Assembly (NCBI GenBank): GCA_016791475.1
Contig: JAEUWI010000017.1
Coordinates: 33,957 to 97,956, forward strand
Length of the DNA stretch: 64,000 bases
Direction: 5' to 3'
From: Candidatus Hydrogenedentota bacterium
Lineage (GTDB): Bacteria > Hydrogenedentota > Hydrogenedentia > Hydrogenedentales > JAEUWI01
This document shows positions 56,375 through 64,000 of the stretch, piece after piece; positions within the stretch are counted from its first letter, which is position 1; each line of letters starts with the position of its first letter. The translations under genes and the position numbers were made by a program. The notes beneath the pieces were generated by a model that did not search any database, was not told the DNA's origin, and was given only the letters and a program-made list of their open reading frames with translations.

Positions 56375-56450
56375 TTGCAGGGACGACAGGGACATCAGCG
56401 ACGGCAGGCTTTTGCATTCGTCGCTGCCGTCCCTGATGTCCCTGTAATTT
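56375..56450. promoter_or_regulatory. Imperfect 21-bp inverted repeat (CAGGGACATCAGCGACGGCAG ... CTGCCGTCCCTGATGTCCCTG) in the divergent ssrA/recA promoter region, upstream of a TTGACA (56489-56494) -35 box
   Basis: Seen in sequence. Sits ~110 bp upstream of the recA start and ~130 bp upstream of the tmRNA 5' end. Confidence 0.3.
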
Positions 56451-56562
56451 GGCAAAATTTACCAAGAAATTTTTCTGAAAACTTTTACTTGACATCCTTT
56501 CAGTATTCTGGCAAGATACGCGCATGGTGAATGTTTATTCAGTGCAACTGGAGGAAAGACGA

Positions 56563-57630
56563 ATGGCTGCCAAACCAACCGCGGACACGGAAAAGGTCAA
56601 AGCGCTCGATATCGCGCTGGCCCAACTTGAGAAACAATTTGGCCGGGGGACCCTGGTCCGCCTGGGCGACGACAGCATGAGCCAGAAGGTGGAGGCGATT
56701 TCCACCGGGGCGCTGACCCTGGATCTGGCCACGGGCATTGGCGGTCTGCCCGTGGGGCGTGTGGTGGAGATTTTCGGCCCGGAATCCTCCGGTAAGACGA
56801 CCCTGGCCCTCCATGTGGTGGCCAATTCCCAGCGCAACGGCGGCATTGCCTGCTTTATTGACGCGGAACACGCCCTGGATCCCGGTTTTGCCGCGAAGAT
56901 TGGCGTGGACATCGACAACCTCCTCGTGTCGCAGCCGGATACGGCGGAGCAGGCGCTGGAGATCTGCGAGAGCCTGGTCCGCAGCAATGCGGTGAACGTG
57001 ATCGTCATCGACTCGGTGGCGGCCCTCGTTCCCAAGGCGGAAGTGGAAGGCGACATGGGCGACAGCCACATGGGCCTTCAGGCGCGGCTTATGTCTCAGG
57101 CCTTGCGCAAGCTCACGGCCATCATCAGCCGCTCGAACACGCTGGTGATTTTCATCAACCAGATCCGCGACAAGATTGGTGTCATGTTCGGCAGCCCGGA
57201 AACGACCACGGGCGGTCGCGCGCTGAAATTCTACTCCAGCATCCGCCTGGACATCCGGCGCATTGCGGCCATCAAGGAAAAAGAGGAGAATGTGGGGAAC
57301 CGGGTCAAGGTGAAGGTGGTGAAAAACAAGCTCGCGGCCCCCTTCCGCGATGCCGAGTTCGAAATTCTCTTCAATGAAGGTATTTCCAAGGAAGGCAACA
57401 TCCTGGATCTGGCGGTGGACGAAAAGCTCATCCGCAAGAGTGGCGCGTGGTTCTCGCTGAACGGCGAGAATCTGGGCCAGGGCCGGGAAGCCACGCGCCA
57501 GTACCTGAAAGACAATCCGGCCGTCACCGAGCAGTTGCGCGAGCAGATTATTCAGGCCCGCGGCTTGCAATGGGGCGGTGCCGCGCCCGAGGTTGAAGAG
57601 GTAGTACGGGAAGCGAGTGCAGGCGACTGA
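56563..57630 (+). CDS. recA: Recombinase RecA
   Basis: Start [16 protein letters not shown] with GGAGG RBS. Walker [10 protein letters not shown] and canonical RecA motifs throughout. Confidence 0.95.
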   Translation: MAAKPTADTEKVKALDIALAQLEKQFGRGTLVRLGDDSMSQKVEAISTGALTLDLATGIGGLPVGRVVEIFGPESSGKTTLALHVVANSQRNGGIACFIDAEHALDPGFAAKIGVDIDNLLVSQPDTAEQALEICESLVRSNAVNVIVIDSVAALVPKAEVEGDMGDSHMGLQARLMSQALRKLTAIISRSNTLVIFINQIRDKIGVMFGSPETTTGGRALKFYSSIRLDIRRIAAIKEKEENVGNRVKVKVVKNKLAAPFRDAEFEILFNEGISKEGNILDLAVDEKLIRKSGAWFSLNGENLGQGREATRQYLKDNPAVTEQLREQIIQARGLQWGGAAPEVEEVVREASAGD

Positions 57631-60600
57631 AACGACCGGTCTGAATGACCGAAAACCACGGGAGAGCCGGGGCCGCAAGACACGTCTGTGGCTGCTGGCT
57701 CTCCTCATGTTGACGGCGCTCCTGGCGGGCGGGCTGCTGCTCGCCAAGTACCAGCTCGCCGTGCTGCGGGGCCGTGTCCAGACCGCAATCGAAGAGCGCA
57801 CCGGTATCCAGCTCGAAACGACCGGCGTGCAGGTCCACGGCGTTGCCGGCCTCCGCCTTCAGGAGCTCCACCTGGCCTATGCGGCCCCCGCGGGCCCCGC
57901 CATCGACATTGCCGTGCCGGAGGCCCTCCTCCATGTGAGCCTGCTCGAATTGCTCCGGGGCTCCGTGGTGCTGGATCGCCTTCAACTCGACAACGCCCAT
58001 GTCCGCCTGTCGCGCCCGGTGGATCACAAGTGGATCACGGACGAGCTCACCAGCCGCTCCGCCCTTACCAGCAATATCCCCTTCAGGGCCCTGGGCCGGA
58101 ACTGCACCCTCGAAATTGACCGGATCGTGGGCGAGTCCACCTTCCGGGTGGAGCACGTGAACTTCGATCTGAACCGGCTCTCCGACTCCCCCCACATCAT
58201 CGCGAATGTGGACGGACGCCTGGACCAGGCCTCTCGGAGCGCCTTCGAGGTTTTCGCGCGCTATGCCTCCCTCGAAGATTTCGACCTGCGCCTGCAGAGC
58301 GACGGCCTGACGGCCCAGGATGTCGCCGCCTTCCTCCCCACCGCGACCGATCTGTTCACGTCCGGCAGTGTACGGCCGAGCCTGCGCGTTGCGGGCTACC
58401 CCCGCAAGGCCATGGTGGTCTCGCTGGAGCTCCCCTTCAACAATGTGGCCCTCGCCACGCCCCAGCGATTCCCCGTACCTTCCGAGGGCCTGCTGACCGC
58501 CCTGGCGAGCTACGACGTGAACACGCGCCTGCTGACCCTGAACTCCGCCAAGACCCTTTCGCCGGACTTCGAGGGCCGGGTCGAAGGCACCGTTTCCCTC
58601 GCCCAGGACCTGCCCGATCTCGATCTCAAGGTGGAGGTGCAGCAGCTCCCGGTGAACGATGTGCTTGACTTTGTAATGAAGGAGTGGCTCGCCCAGTACG
58701 GCAGCCTCGAAATCGACGCGCCGAAGCCCTACAAATTTTTCGTCACCCTGAATGGTCAGGCCAACAACGCCCGCCTGGGGGTCGAAGCGCAACTGGGCAA
58801 CGGGGCGCTGCGCTTTGCGCCGACCGACCCCGCCCTGCCCAGGGCCGATCTCAAATTCAGCCTTATGAGCGTGGCCTGGAATTCCGAACAGTCCTTCCCC
58901 ACGGGCACCCTCTCCCTCAGCGGCGGCTCCATCGAGCATGGCCCTTCCAAGCTGCACGCCGAGGACATCTCCGGCAATTTTCAGCTCGGCAGCGACGGGC
59001 TGGTTTTCGACCCCATGGTCGCCCGTATCGCGGGCAACACCGTCATGGGAAGCGCCCACTACCAGCTTGCCGAGAAAACCCTGAATTTTTCCATCGCCGG
59101 TAATCTCGGTACGGTAGAGGAACTGGAGTTCTTCAAGTCCAGTCGCAGCCTGAACCTCTATGGGCCTCTCGCCCTGGACGCCCTCACCGGCACCATCGCC
59201 CCCGGACATCACACCTACGACGCCACGGTGGACCTCACTCGTACCGGCATCGAGTGGGAGTGGTGGTTCAAGAAGGCCCCCGGAATCGGAGCGCGCCTGG
59301 AAAAACTCCACTTCGACCTCAAGCCGGGAAAGTCCGCCACACTCTCCATGCTGGCCGCCCTCGATACCATCGAGATTGACACCAGGGCTTCCCTCACCCA
59401 CCGGGGTGGAAAATGGGCGCTGGACGACCTGAAGGCGACTTCCCCCAATGTGAGCATGGGAACCGCCAACAAGGTCCTGGTTTTCCCCTATGCCATCTCC
59501 GGCGGCACGGGAACGGAGGCCTACCTTCACTGGGTCAAGAAATCGCAGAGCCCCGAAGTGATCGAATTAACCATCGGCGGCCTGGTGGACGAACTCGCCC
59601 TGTTGCCCGAAGGTTCCCGTCAGCCCATCACCGGAAAAAATGTACGCGTCGATACCACGGTCGTAAAGGCCGGCGAGGAGCGCACGGGTCTCCTCACCCT
59701 CCATACCACGTCGGCGGAACTCCCCCCCTTCGGCACCCGCTGGCTGTTGCCCCCCCGCGCCGAAGACGATCCCTCCCTGAAAACCTATCCGCCGCTGGAT
59801 CGCGACTGGACCTACACGCTTTCGGCCGACACCCTCGTCTATCCCCCCTGGCGCGGCAGCGCCTTCACCGGCAGGGCCTACACCCGCAAGCACGAGAGCG
59901 GCTTTGAACGATTCGAGGCCACGGTGGACAACGGCAAAATCGGCGGGGTCTACTCCTCTTCAAATCCCGACAACATCAATCGGCTGAACGCCAGTTGGGA
60001 TGATGTGCCCGCCTCCCACCTGCTGGAACATTTGAAGCTTCCGGAGATATTTACCGGCACTATGACCGGCGGCATACAGTACTCCATCGACCAGGACGAC
60101 AGTGGGACCCTCGCGGGCACGGGTTATTTCGATGTGGTGGACGGCCAGTTCAGCGCCGACTACCTCTTCTCCAAGTTTCAGCAGCAGATCGAGCAAGGCA
60201 CGGTGAGCATTCCCCCTTCGCTGCGCTTCTCGCGCTTCGCCTCCGACCTCACCCTGGAGGGCGATGTGGTCAAGGCCACCAACATGATCCTGGAATCCGA
60301 AGCCGTCACCATCTCGGGCGATGGCCAGTTTGTGCTCTCCGGCGATATGGACTTCCACCTCAAATTCTCGCTCCCGCCCGACACGGCCAAGGGGATTCCC
60401 GCGCTGCGGACCTATTTCAATCTGGACGGTCTCAAGCGGAGCCAAACCAACCTCCAGATCGCCTTTCATATCTTCGGCCCCACCTTTAACCCGAAAATGG
60501 AGCTCGATGGAATGCCTTCCATGGGGGACACCATTGTAAGCGGCGCGGTCGAAGTCACCAGCGATGTGATGAAAGTGGTCGACCTGCCTAGACAAATCCT

Positions 60601-60667
60601 CCTCGATCTGTTTAAGATTGGGGGTGGAATCGTTGGCGCAGGGGGCAAGAAGGCGCCAAACGAGTAA
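57617..60667 (+). CDS. AsmA-like / TamB-like large membrane-anchored protein
   Basis: GTG start overlapping the recA 3' end. N-terminal TM anchor [20 protein letters not shown] followed by a long beta-rich periplasmic region. Confidence 0.7.
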   Translation: MQATETTGLNDRKPRESRGRKTRLWLLALLMLTALLAGGLLLAKYQLAVLRGRVQTAIEERTGIQLETTGVQVHGVAGLRLQELHLAYAAPAGPAIDIAVPEALLHVSLLELLRGSVVLDRLQLDNAHVRLSRPVDHKWITDELTSRSALTSNIPFRALGRNCTLEIDRIVGESTFRVEHVNFDLNRLSDSPHIIANVDGRLDQASRSAFEVFARYASLEDFDLRLQSDGLTAQDVAAFLPTATDLFTSGSVRPSLRVAGYPRKAMVVSLELPFNNVALATPQRFPVPSEGLLTALASYDVNTRLLTLNSAKTLSPDFEGRVEGTVSLAQDLPDLDLKVEVQQLPVNDVLDFVMKEWLAQYGSLEIDAPKPYKFFVTLNGQANNARLGVEAQLGNGALRFAPTDPALPRADLKFSLMSVAWNSEQSFPTGTLSLSGGSIEHGPSKLHAEDISGNFQLGSDGLVFDPMVARIAGNTVMGSAHYQLAEKTLNFSIAGNLGTVEELEFFKSSRSLNLYGPLALDALTGTIAPGHHTYDATVDLTRTGIEWEWWFKKAPGIGARLEKLHFDLKPGKSATLSMLAALDTIEIDTRASLTHRGGKWALDDLKATSPNVSMGTANKVLVFPYAISGGTGTEAYLHWVKKSQSPEVIELTIGGLVDELALLPEGSRQPITGKNVRVDTTVVKAGEERTGLLTLHTTSAELPPFGTRWLLPPRAEDDPSLKTYPPLDRDWTYTLSADTLVYPPWRGSAFTGRAYTRKHESGFERFEATVDNGKIGGVYSSSNPDNINRLNASWDDVPASHLLEHLKLPEIFTGTMTGGIQYSIDQDDSGTLAGTGYFDVVDGQFSADYLFSKFQQQIEQGTVSIPPSLRFSRFASDLTLEGDVVKATNMILESEAVTISGDGQFVLSGDMDFHLKFSLPPDTAKGIPALRTYFNLDGLKRSQTNLQIAFHIFGPTFNPKMELDGMPSMGDTIVSGAVEVTSDVMKVVDLPRQILLDLFKIGGGIVGAGGKKAPNE

Positions 60668-60710
60668 AGTGAGCAGATGTGTTCAACCCCAGGCGAATCG
60701 TATCCATTAA

Positions 60711-61688
60711 ATGAATATTAAGATCAGTAAGAACTCCCATTCCTGCGCGGCCTGCGGCAATGACTTTCAGCACGAGCAGGAACTTACCTCCACCGTCAAG
60801 GTCGCCGAGGGCGTCCTGCACCGGCAGGATTTCTGTCGGGACTGCTGGAACTCCGAGCAAAGCAAAGACGCCTACTCGGTGTGGTCCATGGTCTATCATG
60901 ACCCGAAAATTGAAAACCAGGAGCCGGCCGAGGTCTTTTCTCCCCTGCGCCAGCTTTTCTATGAAGCGGCGGAAGAGCAGTCCCGTATCGAGATGGCCAA
61001 GGCCTTTCTCGCGGCGGGCCTGTTGCGTCGCCAGAAGGTGTTTCGGCTTATCAAAGAGTCGGACGAATCCGATGGCGAGGTGCGGATCACGCTCTATACC
61101 GATCGCATCGGCAACCGGCTGATTGAGGTGCCCGATCCACAATTTACCTATGCGGAAATGGATAAGGCCCGAACGCTGCTGATCGAGCGCCTGCAGGTGC
61201 TGGAGCAGGCCGCCGCGCCGCCGCCCGCAACCGCGGAGGTCGAGGCTCCCGCCGCGACCAATCCGCTTGACGAGGATAGCCCCGAATCTTCCGAGATGCC
61301 TGACTCTGCCACCACCACTCCGGAGAATGAAGGGGAACCGTTGGATTCCTCGGCGGAAGACGAAGAAGACGAGTTTGACGATGATGATGATGATGATGAC
61401 GAAGATGAATTTGACGACGAAGATGATGAAGACGAATTTGACGACGATGATGATGAGGACGATGATGAAGAAGACGAATTTGACGACGACGATGATGATG
61501 ATGACGAATTTGACGACGAAGATGATGAGGACGAAGATGGCGACGAGGACTTGGACGAAGCCGCTGATGATGAGGATAGGGAAGTGAAAGTCATGGAATC
61601 CGCCTTGGCTGGCAGTGGAAGCACCCGTGGGTACGCCGCGGGCTATGTGGCTTTCGCAAACGAGGAGGCACTTCATGCCCAGGCATAG
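60711..61688 (+). CDS. Hypothetical protein with an N-terminal zinc-ribbon-like CxxC...CxxC and a highly acidic repetitive C-terminus ((D/E)nEFDD repeats)
   Basis: Motifs CAACGNDF and CRDCW, followed by a run of ~110 residues that are almost all D/E. The underlying DNA is a GAT/GAC/GAA-rich near-tandem repeat. Confidence 0.7.
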   Translation: MNIKISKNSHSCAACGNDFQHEQELTSTVKVAEGVLHRQDFCRDCWNSEQSKDAYSVWSMVYHDPKIENQEPAEVFSPLRQLFYEAAEEQSRIEMAKAFLAAGLLRRQKVFRLIKESDESDGEVRITLYTDRIGNRLIEVPDPQFTYAEMDKARTLLIERLQVLEQAAAPPPATAEVEAPAATNPLDEDSPESSEMPDSATTTPENEGEPLDSSAEDEEDEFDDDDDDDDEDEFDDEDDEDEFDDDDDEDDDEEDEFDDDDDDDDEFDDEDDEDEDGDEDLDEAADDEDREVKVMESALAGSGSTRGYAAGYVAFANEEALHAQA

Positions 61689-62748
61689 TTCATATCGATC
61701 CAATCATGGTCTGGAACCCGTCGGCAACGACTGGAGTTCAAGCCAGCTTATAATCGGCATCGCCGTGGCCATTGGCTTCGGGGTAATCTGTTTTGCCGCG
61801 GGGTACGTCATAGCCCTGAACGACAATCCGCTGGAACCGGTGGCTTCGAACGCACCGGTGGAGCCTATGCCCGCGCCTGCCCCGGCGGGCGCGACCGAAG
61901 CCCCCGCGCCCGCGCCCGCGCCTGCCTCACCGCAGACGCCGCCCCCCGCACCGGCCGCCACGAACACGACGGCGCCCTCGGCGGTTCCCGGCCCGAATGC
62001 GGCAGCCTCCGCAGCGGCACCGGCAGCGGCGCCCGGCCCGACCGCGGCGGCGATCAAGGCCCCGGAAAATACCCCGGCCCCCGAGAAGCCGTCGGACACC
62101 GTGGTCCGCACCGGTTTGCGTTCCACGCCGGTCAATGCCCTGCCCGAACCGGGAGGTCCCACCCCCATGGTTCGTACGCCGGTCGACATGAACAAGGCCC
62201 CCACGCCCAAAATCGAGCCCGTAGAGCCTGACGAAATGGCCGCCGTCCCCGGTATTACGCCGCCCGCCACGGTACAGGCGCCGACCACCGTAGCCAAGAA
62301 CACGACGGCGGCAACCCCGCCCTCGGGAACGACTCCGGAGATTATCCCGCCCACAGGCAGGCCCGAGACCACGGCTCCCCCGAAAGAAAAGGAACCGGAG
62401 AAGCCCATGAAAACGGCGGAAGCCGTCACACCGCCGAAAACGCAGGCGGCGCCGCCGAAGACGCCCGCCCCTGCGGAGAAGCCCGCGGCGCCCACCGCGA
62501 CTAAAGGATCCTTCGGAATTCAGGTTGCCTCGTTCGATGGCCCCCAGCGCAGCACCCAGGCCAAAGAATTCCAGCGCAGCCTGAAAGCCAAAGCACAGCA
62601 GAACGCCGAAATCATCGTGGCGGCCGACGGCACCTACCATAAAGTGGTCGTGTCCGGCTTCGATACCCGCGAGGAAGCCAAGGCGGCCTGCGAAAAAATG
62701 AAGAGCAAGCCCGGACTGGAGGGCGCGTGGGTCGTGCGCCTGCCCTGA
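61675..62748 (+). CDS. SPOR-domain protein: single TM, long Pro/Ala/Thr-rich linker, C-terminal peptidoglycan-binding SPOR domain
   Basis: Start MPRHSSYRS with GAGGAGG RBS; overlaps the upstream gene by 14 nt. C-terminal GSFGIQVASFDGPQRSTQAKEFQRSL...GAWVVRL matches SPOR topology. Confidence 0.8.
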   Translation: MPRHSSYRSNHGLEPVGNDWSSSQLIIGIAVAIGFGVICFAAGYVIALNDNPLEPVASNAPVEPMPAPAPAGATEAPAPAPAPASPQTPPPAPAATNTTAPSAVPGPNAAASAAAPAAAPGPTAAAIKAPENTPAPEKPSDTVVRTGLRSTPVNALPEPGGPTPMVRTPVDMNKAPTPKIEPVEPDEMAAVPGITPPATVQAPTTVAKNTTAATPPSGTTPEIIPPTGRPETTAPPKEKEPEKPMKTAEAVTPPKTQAAPPKTPAPAEKPAAPTATKGSFGIQVASFDGPQRSTQAKEFQRSLKAKAQQNAEIIVAADGTYHKVVVSGFDTREEAKAACEKMKSKPGLEGAWVVRLP

Positions 62749-62865
62749 ACGGCGCCGTCCCCCCGAAGTTTCCCGATCGAGTGAGTTTTCCCGGTTCGGC
62801 GTTGCGCCGAATGGGAACAAGGCAAGGTACAGGCGCAAGTCCCAGGGACGGCGCGGGAGTCTATT

Positions 62866-63744
62866 ATGATGAAGGTTGCCGTGGTTGGCCCAGGTGCGCT
62901 GGGGTGCCTATTTGCGGCGCGGCTCGTTCAGGGCGGCGTAAAAACCCACTTGGTGGACTACGATCTGAAGCGGGCGGAGCGACTCTCCAAAAGCGGGATC
63001 ACGGTTGAGCGCCAGGAGGAGTCCGTCACGGTCCACCCGACCATCGCCACCAAGATTCCCGCGGGCCAGGATCTGATCCTGGTCCTCACGAAGTCCCACA
63101 GCACCGGCGACCTGAAATTACCGCCGGAATCCCCCGTGCTCACCCTCCAGAACGGGCTCGGCAACGTGGAAATGCTCTGCGCCCTCGTGGGAAGCGCCCG
63201 AGTACTCGCCGGCACCACCGCGGAGGCCGCCACCCTGCTGGGTGAAGGCCGCACCCGCCATGTCGCCGCCGGAATCACGCGACTCGGGTCCTGGACCTCC
63301 TGCGCCACCGGTGCGGCCCGGGAAGCCCTCGCGGTGGCCGGTTTCGAAGTTGCCGTGACGGAATCGCCGGGCCAGCTCCTTTGGGAAAAGCTCGCCATCA
63401 GCGCCGCCATCAATCCGCTCACGGCCATTCTCAACGTGAACAACGGCCAGCTCCTCCACAACAAGGAAACGCGCCAGCTCATGCGCGACCTCGTCGTGGA
63501 GGCCGTGAAAGTCGCCGCCACCGAAGGGTACCGCTTCGAGCACAGCCTGGTTGAAATCGCCGAGTCCATGTGCGAGGCCACGAGCGAAAATGTGTCCAGC
63601 ATGCTGCAGGACATTCGCGCCGGCAAACGCACCGAGATTGAGGCGATCAGCGGGGAAGTCTTGCGCCGTGCGCAGATCGCCTCGCTCCCCACGCCCCGCA
63701 CCCGAGTAATTTACCAGCTCGTCCGGGGGCTTGAGCGTCGGTGA
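62866..63744 (+). CDS. panE: 2-dehydropantoate 2-reductase (ketopantoate reductase, PanE/ApbA)
   Basis: N-terminal Rossmann motif MMKVAVVGPGALG and ApbA-family C-terminal helices; GGGAG RBS. Confidence 0.85.
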   Translation: MMKVAVVGPGALGCLFAARLVQGGVKTHLVDYDLKRAERLSKSGITVERQEESVTVHPTIATKIPAGQDLILVLTKSHSTGDLKLPPESPVLTLQNGLGNVEMLCALVGSARVLAGTTAEAATLLGEGRTRHVAAGITRLGSWTSCATGAAREALAVAGFEVAVTESPGQLLWEKLAISAAINPLTAILNVNNGQLLHNKETRQLMRDLVVEAVKVAATEGYRFEHSLVEIAESMCEATSENVSSMLQDIRAGKRTEIEAISGEVLRRAQIASLPTPRTRVIYQLVRGLERR

Positions 63745-64000
63745 AGCTGCCGGAACTGAACTACACTTCCCCCAACACCTTCACCCGCAAGCAAAAGCTT
63801 CAGCTTGCCGTTTTGCCGCCAGTCATTGTTGGCCTTCTTCGCGCGATCCTGTTCACCTGCCCCCGTGAAACCCGCGATCAGCATTTTCTTGACGACACCG
63901 TAGCCACCCACGGCCACGCCATAATCGCACTCTGGCACGAAGCCACGGCCTACGCCCTCTACAAGCACTCGGGCTCCAATTTTCATGCCGCCTCCAGCTA
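63741..64000 (+). CDS. Hypothetical protein (5' partial; GTG start overlapping the panE stop as GTGA); runs off the window end
   Basis: Open frame VKLPELNYTSPNTFTRKQKLQLAVLPPVIVGLLRAILFT... to the window end. Not in the ORF track because it lacks a stop. Confidence 0.4.
   Translation, partial: MKLPELNYTSPNTFTRKQKLQLAVLPPVIVGLLRAILFTCPRETRDQHFLDDTVATHGHAIIALWHEATAYALYKHSGSNFHAASS

Noticed and set aside
1-64000. rRNA or tRNA genes
   Set aside because: I saw no recognisable 16S/23S/5S segments or tRNA cloverleaf ends apart from the tmRNA tRNA-like domain. tRNAs cannot be fully excluded without a scanner such as tRNAscan-SE or Aragorn.

Overview
This 64-kb, high-GC (~62%) window most likely comes from a Planctomycetota/PVC-type genome. 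The main evidence is a DUF1559 'prepilin-like' protein, a long BlaR1 sensor, many Tat-exported Gfo/Idh/MocA oxidoreductases, a sulfatase, FGE-domain proteins and secreted glycoside-hydrolase-like proteins. Because of the GC content, almost every real gene is shadowed by a long antisense ORF in the six-frame track. I chose strand and start using signal peptides, RBS (GGAGG-type) spacing, start/stop overlaps (ATGA, GTGA) and recognisable family motifs.

Gene content, left to right:
- A minus-strand glycan-uptake operon: GH5-like hydrolase, lipoprotein solute-binding protein, a two-domain ABC ATPase, a permease and two paralogous secreted GH-like proteins.
- A DUF1559 protein and a sulfatase.
- A blaI-blaR1 operon encoding a 1689-aa sensor, preceded by a 9-bp microsatellite and operator-like dyads.
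- A REP-associated tyrosine transposase (RAYT, HuH motif) flanked by arrays of hairpin REP elements.
- An FGE-domain/sialidase fusion.
- Three Gfo/Idh/MocA oxidoreductases, a ThuA-domain protein, a sugar-phosphate isomerase and another FGE-domain protein.
- Two large secreted GH-like proteins and a split YeeE/YedE pair.
- A modular, split-MetH-like corrinoid methyltransferase cluster: activation-domain homolog, corrinoid protein, three UroD/MtaA-like methyltransferases and a homocysteine-binding domain.
- An AraC regulator with a divergent alcohol dehydrogenase, and a Tat-exported phospholipase C.
- A tandem ~292-bp structured repeat, a 35-bp perfect inverted repeat, tmRNA (ssrA), recA, an AsmA-like protein, an acidic zinc-ribbon protein, a SPOR protein and PanE.

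I found no rRNA, tRNA or CRISPR array.
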